Source: Pyrodictium delaneyi (GTDB lineage: Archaea > Thermoproteota > Thermoprotei_A > Sulfolobales > Pyrodictiaceae). From it: a stretch of DNA of 32,000 nucleotides. The stretch spans positions 1,950,001-1,982,000 of the forward strand of contig NZ_CP013011.1 in assembly GCF_001412615.1 (NCBI RefSeq). The letters run 5' to 3'. Both the position numbers and the translations under genes were made by a program. This document shows, one piece after another, positions 7,900 to 15,861 of the stretch (positions are counted from its first letter, which is position 1; every line of letters begins with the position of its first letter). The notes beneath the pieces were generated by a model. The model saw only the letters and a program-made list of their open reading frames with translations, was not told the origin of the DNA and made no database searches.

Positions 7900-8090
7900 G
7901 CCTAATCCCTCGCTCGTTCAGTTCACTCACTGAGTATCCTTGATATTCGTATTGCAATCCCTTATCACTTACCGCCACAGTTGTAGCTGAGGCAATGAAT
8001 TACTATGGAGAATTCTGCTCAAGTTCTGCTTCGGGAGGATTTAATGTGGAGTGTGTCTAGGGCTCTAATCCCGGGAGAGGGCTAGGGCCT

Positions 8091-9584
8091 ATGGATGCTT
8101 ATAAGGTGCCTGGCTGGCTTCTGCGGGAGAAACTAGTGCAGGGCGAACTAGACGTAGAGGAGTACGTAGCCTCAATTTATGAGAGGATCGAAAAGTTAGA
8201 CAGATACCTAAGAGCCTACATTACTATACGACCACGCAAGGAGGTTGAGGCAGAAGTACGCCAACAAGTGGAAGAGGCACGCAGAGACGGAGGAAGGCCT
8301 CTCGCAGGGCTCCTTGTAGCCGTCAAGGATGTAATACATGTCAAGGGGCTTCCTGTTACCTGTGGCTCCAAGATGCTCGAAAAGTACATCGCCGTATACG
8401 ATGCCACTGTTGTATCAAAGCTTCGGGAAGCCGGTGCAGTCGTACTCGGAAAAACCAACATGGACGAGTTTGCCATGGGATCTACTGGAGAGACAAGTGC
8501 CTACGGTGCCTCGCGTAACCCTTGGAGCCCTGACCGGGTACCCGGAGGGAGCAGCAGCGGCACCGCCGTAGCGCTTGCAGCAGGGATGGCAACGTTAGGG
8601 CTCGGCACCGATACTGGCGGCAGTATCCGTATGCCCAGTGCATGGACTGGCTTGTATGGGCTGAAGCCGACCTATGGCCTCGTGTCACGTTATGGTCTAG
8701 TCTCCTACGCCGACAGTCTGGAGCAGATAGGCCCTATGGCCCGGAACACGAGAGATCTGGCTCTTATTCTCGAGGCTATAGCTGGGTTCGACCCCAGAGA
8801 CTCCACGAGTCTACCGGAGAAGCTGAAGGATTATCTGAAGGCGGCAGAGGATGGAATAAGAGATGGGGTAAATGGCCTAAGGGTGGCCGTTATAAAGGAG
8901 TTTATGGAGCATCCTGGAGTTCACGAGTCCGTGAAGATGCTAGTAGAACGGGCTGCTAAACTTCTAGGCGACGCTGGTGCCATGCTTGGAGAGGTTAGTC
9001 TCGGTAGAGAGGTTCTCGAGTATAGTCTTCCAGCATACTATGTGATAGCTATGGCTGAGGCTAGTAGCAACCTAGCCCGGTACGACGGTGTACGGTACGG
9101 ACCACGTGAACCTCCTAAACCCTGGGAGGGCTGGAACACGTACTACTCTAGGATACGCGCCGCATACTTCGGCCTCGAGGTCAAGATGAGGATAATGCTT
9201 GGCTCATGGATGCTCAGCAGTGGATACCGGGACCAGTACTATATACGCGCCCTCAAAATGAGGCGCATTGTCCGCGACCGTGTTCTAGCACTGCTAAAGG
9301 AGTTCGACATACTCCTAGCCCCTGCTGTAGTCACACCACCACCATTGTTGGGCGAAGTTGTCGATGATCCGGAGAAAATGTATGCCCTGGACCTGGCAAC
9401 AGTCATAGCCAACCTATCTGGGGTACCTGCTGCCACAGCGCCAACCGGCATCATCGAGGGCATACCAATCGGTGTACAGTTAATAGCTAGACCTTTAGGC
9501 GAGCATACTCTGTTACGCGCATTAGGGGCCCTCGAGGCAGCTAGCGGCCTCGCAGACCTCGTAGCAGAGCCTCTTCCGGGCTAA
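8091..9584 (+). CDS. gatA: Glu-tRNA(Gln)/Asp-tRNA(Asn) amidotransferase subunit A
   Basis: 497 aa. Amidase signature VPGGSSSGTAVALAAG...GTDTGGSIRMPSAWTGLYGLKPTYG. N-terminal helical region typical of GatA. Confidence 0.92.
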   Translation: MDAYKVPGWLLREKLVQGELDVEEYVASIYERIEKLDRYLRAYITIRPRKEVEAEVRQQVEEARRDGGRPLAGLLVAVKDVIHVKGLPVTCGSKMLEKYIAVYDATVVSKLREAGAVVLGKTNMDEFAMGSTGETSAYGASRNPWSPDRVPGGSSSGTAVALAAGMATLGLGTDTGGSIRMPSAWTGLYGLKPTYGLVSRYGLVSYADSLEQIGPMARNTRDLALILEAIAGFDPRDSTSLPEKLKDYLKAAEDGIRDGVNGLRVAVIKEFMEHPGVHESVKMLVERAAKLLGDAGAMLGEVSLGREVLEYSLPAYYVIAMAEASSNLARYDGVRYGPREPPKPWEGWNTYYSRIRAAYFGLEVKMRIMLGSWMLSSGYRDQYYIRALKMRRIVRDRVLALLKEFDILLAPAVVTPPPLLGEVVDDPEKMYALDLATVIANLSGVPAATAPTGIIEGIPIGVQLIARPLGEHTLLRALGALEAASGLADLVAEPLPG

Positions 9585-9736
9585 AGGTTATCTAGCACAG
9601 TACACGGCCACGCTGGCCTAGGGGAACTCTGATATAGGGGGAACAGAGTGGGAGCGACTTCCCGGAACCGTTTCTGGGGCGCCGCAGCCCCGCGGGGCCC
9701 CGCGCGTCCACACGGTTGTGCCTTGGTGAATAGGTC

Positions 9737-10126
9737 TTGACGGCTAAGGAGCTAAGGGGTGGCGGGGGCTCCAAGCCCCGTAGTTGGAGCCCCTCAACCC
9801 TACTCGAGGCTTTACGAACTAGTTTCGACGATATAGAGGCATATGCATACATGAATGGAGGTGAGCTCATACTCCGCTCGGAGTACGAGCTTATAATCAT
9901 CCGTGTACCGAGCAGCCTCGTCTACTGGGACCTCGAGGCTTACCTCTACAAGCTCGGAGCCCAGGTGTACGACTGCCGCCGCGGTATAGGCTTCATACTA
10001 CCCACTGCATCGGGTCCACGGCTCGTCTTTCACGCCAGGATAATACACAGAGAGAATGGCAAAGCTTACATAGCTATTGAGCCGCGCGGCGTCGTCAATC
10101 GTGGCGAGAAACCCAAACTCTGCTAG
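9737..10126 (+). CDS. hypothetical protein (start uncertain: TTG 9737 or ATG 9851)
   Basis: ORF with protein-like composition from STLLEALRTSFDDIEAYAY onward. The first ~20 codons coincide with a perfect GC hairpin. No family recognised. Confidence 0.45.
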   Translation: MTAKELRGGGGSKPRSWSPSTLLEALRTSFDDIEAYAYMNGGELILRSEYELIIIRVPSSLVYWDLEAYLYKLGAQVYDCRRGIGFILPTASGPRLVFHARIIHRENGKAYIAIEPRGVVNRGEKPKLC

Positions 10127-10304
10127 CTCTCCCACATTGTTTTACCGATCCAATCTAGATCTAGACTCTCTTCTCCATCCTCTATCCACTAGTCCTAATA
10201 ACAGCTAGGATACAAGATGATAGAGTCATAATGGACTACATTCTGCGGTTCATTTTGCCCTAAAAATCTAGAAGAGACTATAGTTGGGCTTCGAGCGTGT
10301 ATAA

Positions 10305-11324
10305 TCAGTGCTGCTTCTCGGCACGGTACTGCTCTGCAATCCTCGCGACTATCCTTGTCTTCTCTATGGCGTAGTTTAGCGGTATGAGGTCTAGCCAAGC
10401 GCTCGTCGTTATTAACAAGTTCTCGGCCTTCGTAGTCTCTAATGCTTTGTCTAGTGCCTCCTTTATCTTCTCGTAGTTGTCTGGATAGATGTCGCGAGCC
10501 TGTATTATCCCGGCTCCAAGCCCGTGGTTGCCGAGGCCCTTGGCTTCAAGGAGCTGTAGAACCTTGGCTGGGTTATCAACCATGTCTAGTACTATGTAGT
10601 CCGCTTTGACGTCTAATAGCTTCTCGTAGATCTGGGGCTCGGGTACATTGTATGGTATTGCTAGCCTTGTCGAGGCACCCTTAGCTGCCGCTGCACTTAG
10701 GATGCGTGAAGCAAGCTCGGCTGCCAGGACCGCATCTTCAGATGTTGCATCTATATCTGCTAGGAATGGCTCGTCTACCTGTACTACAGCTGCACCAGCT
10801 TCGGCGGCCTTCTCGGCCTCGCGGGCCAGTATCGAAGCTATCTCGGCTGCTAACTCCTCTAAGCTCCTCCCAGTCATGTTCTTTGAGAGTCTTGCGAAGG
10901 TCACTGGGCCGGGTAGTACTATCTTCAGCCTTGCGAACCTGGGCAGTATCTTCCGGAGCTGTATAACGCGGGGCGGTGTTACAAGCCTCTTTGGATCAGG
11001 CATGTCGGTGAAGACTGGTATGCGGTAGAAGAAGTTGTTGTCGAACCAGCGTAAGAGTCCGTCTACAGCTACGTTACGCCAGGCCTCGGCAAAGGGGCGG
11101 AGCGGATCGTGCCAGTCGATAACCGGGTCCACTATTGTTGAGAGCCCAGCACCGAGCTGCGCGCCTACCACTAGTAATGTGTCCTCCCAGACGACTCTAG
11201 ACACATCGATGAAGCCCTCCTCCGCCTTTTCTTCGAAGCGGCGCAGCGTCTTACGGACACGCTCACTCCTTGGGTAGCCGCCTAGCACTTCTGCCTCGAT
11301 GTTAAGGGGCATCCCAGTGATCAC
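10305..11324 (-). CDS. cobalamin-independent methionine synthase (MetE) family protein, N-terminal-domain-like, no visible zinc ligands
   Basis: RWFDNNFFYRIPVF (MetE WFDTNYHY motif) and VVQVDEPFL (QIDEP motif), with TIM-barrel length (339 aa). Positions expected to carry HxC and the C-terminal Cys read RLAIPYNV and TTSAWLDL. Confidence 0.75.
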   Translation of the reverse strand: MITGMPLNIEAEVLGGYPRSERVRKTLRRFEEKAEEGFIDVSRVVWEDTLLVVGAQLGAGLSTIVDPVIDWHDPLRPFAEAWRNVAVDGLLRWFDNNFFYRIPVFTDMPDPKRLVTPPRVIQLRKILPRFARLKIVLPGPVTFARLSKNMTGRSLEELAAEIASILAREAEKAAEAGAAVVQVDEPFLADIDATSEDAVLAAELASRILSAAAAKGASTRLAIPYNVPEPQIYEKLLDVKADYIVLDMVDNPAKVLQLLEAKGLGNHGLGAGIIQARDIYPDNYEKIKEALDKALETTKAENLLITTSAWLDLIPLNYAIEKTRIVARIAEQYRAEKQH

Positions 11325-11418
11325 CCGAGAGGGAGGGCTTAGAGGGGCTGGAGAATAGAAGCCTACCCCTCTGTCATCGCCGCCTCTCTGCTACGCGACG
11401 ACACATACCGACCCACGT

Positions 11419-12558
11419 TTATATCATGGAAGGGCCAAAGAGTATTATGAAGTAGATTATCAGCAGTACTATTCCGAAGGGTACTCCTATGCGTGCCCAC
11501 TCCTTAGAAGTTATCCCGAGTCTTCCCGCAGCAACTATGTTGGGTATGTTGCCTGGTATTAACATACCTCCAGATATTATGAGGCTCATAAGCGCAGCCT
11601 TTATTTGGTCTATGTGAAGGTATGGGCCTATCTCTGCTGCTGTTAGTGTTGCATTGTCAACCGCGGCAGAGATCATGTTGACCCAGTAGAGTATATATGA
11701 GGGTATCTTTGTGAAATACCACTCCACGAGGGGCATGAAGCTCGTACCTAGTAGCTCTAGTGCCGCGACAAATATGTAGACGCGGACTGCGCGGAGAACT
11801 ACGCTACGCAGTGTCTCAACATGTTCTATGCCCTCGGTCATGCTGCTGCGCACAGACTCTGCAGCCCCCTCGGCAGCGCGTATAGCTGTATAGGCTGCGA
11901 CCGCTATGACGCCGGGTATTATGTAGGGGCCTAGAAGTCTTAGAAGGAAGTCAAAGCCCGCATGGTAAGGTGGTCCAGATAATTTGCTCACAGCTATAGT
12001 AGCGAGGGGTTCACCTACAGGCGTTAGAGCAGCACCCATGCCGAGGGCGAACGCGGCTAGTACTGTGGCCTCTATCTTCTTCTGCCTTGTAAGCGGGAGC
12101 GCCACCATTATCTCCGCAAATACTACTGCAGCTACTATCACGGATATTATGCTGCTCACTAGTCCGAGTACTGTTATTATCACGAAGAGGAAGCCGCGCA
12201 CTCCTAGCTTCTGTAGAAGCTTACCAATACCACGGTATATAGATCCATGGTACTTGTAGAATATGAGTCCTGCTATCAGCACCACCTGGGTTATACCGAT
12301 TGGTATGCCGTGCAGCATCACCGGGGTGAGGAGTGCACGTTTAACTAGCTCGGTGACCTCGTCGGAGGGAAGAATGCCTGCCAGGTAGATGGCTATACTA
12401 CCGATTATACCCATCACGAGGAAGAATGGCTCAAGGTTTTCTTCTATCTTCCTAGACACCATTGGGAGTACTAACACCATGCCGAGTATAGCGCCGAGTA
12501 CTGCCACGACACCCATAACCGGCTCTTCTGGGATGTTTAACGCGACGAGCCCAGCCAT
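11419..12558 (-). CDS. polytopic membrane transporter-like protein (DUF1646 / predicted cation transporter-like)
   Basis: 379 aa, about 10 or more hydrophobic segments. N-terminus ...PMVSRKIEENLEPFFLVMGIIG resembles DUF1646 proteins as I recall them. The family call is from memory and untested. Confidence 0.65.
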   Translation of the reverse strand: MAGLVALNIPEEPVMGVVAVLGAILGMVLVLPMVSRKIEENLEPFFLVMGIIGSIAIYLAGILPSDEVTELVKRALLTPVMLHGIPIGITQVVLIAGLIFYKYHGSIYRGIGKLLQKLGVRGFLFVIITVLGLVSSIISVIVAAVVFAEIMVALPLTRQKKIEATVLAAFALGMGAALTPVGEPLATIAVSKLSGPPYHAGFDFLLRLLGPYIIPGVIAVAAYTAIRAAEGAAESVRSSMTEGIEHVETLRSVVLRAVRVYIFVAALELLGTSFMPLVEWYFTKIPSYILYWVNMISAAVDNATLTAAEIGPYLHIDQIKAALMSLIISGGMLIPGNIPNIVAAGRLGITSKEWARIGVPFGIVLLIIYFIILFGPSMI

Positions 12559-12684
12559 GCCAGCTGCACCCGGGGCGCTCTGCTACTAGCACGGGAGGCA
12601 TAATACGAGCTAGGGTAGTTACAGGGCCGCAGAGGCACAAAAGCAGTACGCTGGCAGTCTATCGGGGCGGCTCTGAGAGTGCAA

Positions 12685-12754
12685 GGGCTCATCAGCCCCG
12701 GAAAGCCGTCAGGAGGCTCAGGCGGTCTTCACCGCCGCCGGGGCTGGCGAGCCC
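12685..12754. other. nested GC-rich stem-loop between divergent promoters (candidate small RNA or regulatory element)
   Basis: gggctc 12685-12690 pairs with gagccc 12749-12754. cagccccgg 12693-12701 pairs with ccggggctg 12738-12746. Inner hairpin ggcggt-cttc-accgcc lies at 12721-12736. All pairings are exact Watson-Crick. Confidence 0.35.
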
Positions 12755-12829
12755 CTCTTAGGGTGGAAAGTGTAGATGATACGCTACCGGGTTTAAGGGT
12801 GCCTCTGGAGGCTCGGGTGAGAGCAAGCT

Positions 12830-13036
12830 ATGCCAGTCAAGGTCAGGATTATCGGTGCGCCTAGTGTTAGGCTCGTCGAGTACCGGGACGGTATGACTGT
12901 GAGGGACGTTCTCCGGGAACTCGGGCTGCTCAGCAGCGAGTATGTTGTTGCCCGGAACGGACGGGTTGTAGCTGAGGATGAGCCCGTAGAGGACGGCGAC
13001 GAGATAGTATTGTACCCGGTGGTGTCTGGTGGCTAA
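12830..13036 (+). CDS. ThiS/MoaD-family ubiquitin-like sulfur carrier (TtuB/SAMP-like), C-terminal Gly-Gly
   Basis: 68 aa with a beta-grasp-like pattern (VKVRIIG...TVRDVLRELGL...VARNGRVV...DGDEIVLYPVVSGG). Ends in GG immediately before the stop. Overlaps the next gene by 8 nt. Confidence 0.78.
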   Translation: MPVKVRIIGAPSVRLVEYRDGMTVRDVLRELGLLSSEYVVARNGRVVAEDEPVEDGDEIVLYPVVSGG

Positions 13037-14066
13037 GTGCAGCATATGCGGCAAGCCAGCCGTATACGTTAGCCGCGCTGCTGGCCTTGCACTCTGCCAG
13101 CGACACTTCCTAGAGTACTTTGACCGCAAGGTGCGCCGAACTATACGCAGGTACCAGTTGTTCAAACCGCGGGAGCACATTGTGGTCGCTGCCTCTGGCG
13201 GGAAGGACTCAATGGCGCTCCTCCACTACCTCCACAACCTGGCTAAGCGAGTCCCCGGCTGGAAGGTCTCTGCACTCCTCGTAGACGAGGGCATCGGGGG
13301 CTACCGGGAGTACACTGTTAAGAGGCTTGTCGACTACGCCGAAGAACACGGTGTGGAATACTACATAGCAAAGTTCAAGGACTACATAGGGTATACGCTA
13401 GACAAGATAGTTAGAATGGGGAGAGAGAAGGGGCTCCCCTACCTCCCCTGCACATACTGTGGTGTCTTCCGCCGTTACATAATGAACCGCGCTGCCAGGG
13501 AGATTGGAGCCACTGTAGTAGCTACCGGCCACAATCTAGACGACATCGTGCAGACATTCCTCATGAACGTTCTGGGCAATGATTGGGCTAAGATAGTCCG
13601 CCTAGGCCCTGTCTCGGGGCCTGCAAACCACCCCAGGTTCGTGCGTAAAGTGAAACCATTCTACGAGGTGCTAGAGAAGGAGACAACTCTCTACGCTGTG
13701 CTCCATGGGCTTTATACCGGGTTCGAGGAGTGCCCCTACGCCCAGATGAGCATGCGCTGGACTGTGCGCCGCATGATAAACGAACTCGAGGAGCGCAGCC
13801 CCGGAGTGAAGTACTCGCTGCTAAGGAGCCTGGAGACGGCCATCGGTATACTGCGGAGGCAGGGTATAGGAGAGCCGAGTGACGAGGAGGGGCTCTATAC
13901 TTGCGCCTTATGTGGCGAGCCAGCAGCACACCCGATATGCAGGGCTTGCCAGCTCCGCCTAGAACTAGGCATTATGGAGGTTAGCCGAGAGAAGCTAGAG
14001 AGCTTGCCGCCGGAGGCCCGCCAGATGGTCGAGAATGCTCTAAGACTAGCCGAGAAGAGGAAATGA
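13029..14066 (+). CDS. ttuA: tRNA 2-thiolation PP-loop ATPase, TtuA/NcsA (Ncs6/Ctu1) family
   Basis: N-terminal zinc finger CSICG...CQRH, PP-loop VAASGGKDS, conserved Cys pair PCTYCGVFRR, and C-terminal CALCGEPAAHPICRAC zinc finger. GTG start lies inside the thiS-like stop region. Confidence 0.88.
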   Translation: MAKCSICGKPAVYVSRAAGLALCQRHFLEYFDRKVRRTIRRYQLFKPREHIVVAASGGKDSMALLHYLHNLAKRVPGWKVSALLVDEGIGGYREYTVKRLVDYAEEHGVEYYIAKFKDYIGYTLDKIVRMGREKGLPYLPCTYCGVFRRYIMNRAAREIGATVVATGHNLDDIVQTFLMNVLGNDWAKIVRLGPVSGPANHPRFVRKVKPFYEVLEKETTLYAVLHGLYTGFEECPYAQMSMRWTVRRMINELEERSPGVKYSLLRSLETAIGILRRQGIGEPSDEEGLYTCALCGEPAAHPICRACQLRLELGIMEVSREKLESLPPEARQMVENALRLAEKRK

Positions 14067-14094
14067 AGACACGGAGATCCTTGGAGGGTGCTAC

Positions 14095-14568
14095 ATGACG
14101 GCTGCAAGCTGTAGAAACTGCTTCTACAAGATGTCACGGCTCATGGATGTGAACGTTGCCTCTAGGCTCATACGTTCCCGAAGAAAGCTTCTCATCCTGG
14201 GCCGGTGTATCGAGGCGGAGAAGCCCTGGGCGCTCAAGAGGTTTCCTGAGGAGGAGTATGCGAGACTGAGTGTTTGTCTCGAAGAGGAGCACGTCAACAT
14301 GGCAGGGTTTAAGCTGGCTGGCATACTTGCTCGCCTAGACTTCGAGGAGGTAGCAGTACTTACAACCGACGGAAGTATGCACTGTGTACAGCTCCACTTT
14401 ATGGTGGAGGAAGTTTTCAAGCTTGTCCGGCCCCGGGCTCGGCGGCGTCACTTCGTCGCCGAGAATGGGCGTGTGGTTGAGGTTCCCGTTGAGGCCGTGA
14501 AGACCGCCCGCTACCTCTCCCGCGTCGCTCGTTTACTCTCCGCTGTGCAGGCAACCGGCTCCTCCTAG
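14095..14568 (+). CDS. hypothetical Cys-containing protein, apparently third gene of the thiS-ttuA unit
   Basis: 157-aa ORF 28 nt after ttuA on the same strand (alternative start ATG 14131). Contains CRNC, GRC, SVC and a TTDGSMHCVQLH segment. The C-terminal part looks like ordinary folded protein. No family recognised. Confidence 0.5.
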   Translation: MTAASCRNCFYKMSRLMDVNVASRLIRSRRKLLILGRCIEAEKPWALKRFPEEEYARLSVCLEEEHVNMAGFKLAGILARLDFEEVAVLTTDGSMHCVQLHFMVEEVFKLVRPRARRRHFVAENGRVVEVPVEAVKTARYLSRVARLLSAVQATGSS

Positions 14569-15526
14569 CGTATCTTTTCTCCCGCTGGCTCCTTTGGGGC
14601 TGTCTCTCGGGTACCAGGACTACCAGGGCACGTAGAAGTTCTGGTATCTCGTGAACTAGTTGTCTCGCTATCCTCATGGACTCCCGGTACGCCGCTCCAA
14701 GCGTCATGCCTGGCGGAGCCTCTATCCAGACTTCCACCTCGCGGAATGTGCCATAGCTCTCTACGCGTAGCCTTCGGATCCTCTGGTACCGAGAAGCCCG
14801 CCGCAACGTATCCTCGACTTTCACCGCCATGCTGCGGTACGCGTTCCGCGAAACCACGCCTATTAGGTGCATCGCTGCCTCCCGCGCGATGCCTAGTAGC
14901 CCGTAGATCACGTAGGCGCCCATAGCTATAGCTGCAAGCCGCTCGGGCAGCACTGTTCCAAGCAAGTTTGACATCACTATCGCGATGCCGCCACCTATCT
15001 CGAAGACTATGTCAAGCTTGAGCTTCTCAGCTATCATTCTCACAGCCACTATGTCTAGCCCGACTCGGCGGAGGCTCCGTATAGAGAACCTCTCCAGAAG
15101 GTAACTGGTCACGCCGCTTAGCAGCGGATAAAGCGCCAGCACCACCGGAGTCGGCTCGGCATGACTGGACGTTAGGTTACGTAGCGCTACTAGGAGCGAG
15201 ACAAATACAGCTATTATCGCAGCTATTAGTACTGCTAACGACTCCAGCCTTAGTATCTCGTAACGCGCCCGGTAGACTACCGTTCGGGAAGCCGCTACTT
15301 TGAATGCTAATGCAAGGCCACCGAAGCTCATAGCCTCTATAAGCCATACAAACGACTCCATGAGGATAACGTCTGACGGCTCATGGAGATAGAGAAGTAA
15401 GCCTACGAGGGACAGGGCCAGCGATACAATAGCTACAATGTATGCTGACCTCAGCACACCGGTAGCGGTAAGTATCTTTCTCACTGCCAGCCTCCTGACC
15501 ATACTCTTCCACCGCCATACCATCAT
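14417..15526 (-). CDS. cation diffusion facilitator (CDF)-like efflux protein with long Arg-rich tail
   Basis: Six hydrophobic segments. RARYEILRLESLAVLIAA resembles the CDF TM3 region. Cytoplasmic domain pattern IRRLRVESYGTFREVEVWIEAPPGMTLGAAYRESMRIARQL. Start uncertain (ATG 15526 or 15502; the track start 15631 is probably too long). The last ~65 residues are low-complexity R/Q/S/P. Confidence 0.6.
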   Translation of the reverse strand: MMVWRWKSMVRRLAVRKILTATGVLRSAYIVAIVSLALSLVGLLLYLHEPSDVILMESFVWLIEAMSFGGLALAFKVAASRTVVYRARYEILRLESLAVLIAAIIAVFVSLLVALRNLTSSHAEPTPVVLALYPLLSGVTSYLLERFSIRSLRRVGLDIVAVRMIAEKLKLDIVFEIGGGIAIVMSNLLGTVLPERLAAIAMGAYVIYGLLGIAREAAMHLIGVVSRNAYRSMAVKVEDTLRRASRYQRIRRLRVESYGTFREVEVWIEAPPGMTLGAAYRESMRIARQLVHEIPELLRALVVLVPERQPQRSQREKRYARRSRLPAQRRVNERRGRGSGRSSRPQREPQPHAHSRRRSDAAEPGAGQA

Positions 15527-15861
15527 GCCGTTTATACCATGCAAGCTATGGTTCTCGGGTACACGCCATTCTACAATAAACCGTCTACAGCTACTACTAT
15601 GAAGCAATAATGAGGAGGCGCAAACAAGCAAGAGCCATGCCTTGGAGTATCTCTAGCCGCCTCCCAAGCTCCGCAGATAGGCGTAATCCACGGCTCTAGT
15701 ATTAGCTTTTAGCCAACAAATGGAGCCTAATCACATCATACCGAACTTGCACCGTCACCATGTATTTATTGTTCTGCACTACTTTCGGCCGTCGTGTAAA
15801 ACTGGGGACACTCTAAGGCGAAGAATACTCCACAACGCTGATCAAGGCAGAGGGTTAAGGC

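Noticed and set aside
10154-10165. 12-nt perfect palindrome tctagatctaga in the convergent spacer after orf129
   Set aside because: It is short. CTAG-containing words are frequent throughout this window, and there is no second copy or associated regulator gene.
10648-11277. Plus-strand ORFs antisense to the MetE-like gene
   Set aside because: Ala/Ser-rich antisense frames. The MetE-family motifs are on the minus strand.
12679-13180. ORFs 12679..12864 (+) and 12758..13180 (-)
   Set aside because: They overlap the structured spacer, or lie antisense to the thiS-like and ttuA genes. Their sequences are not protein-like.
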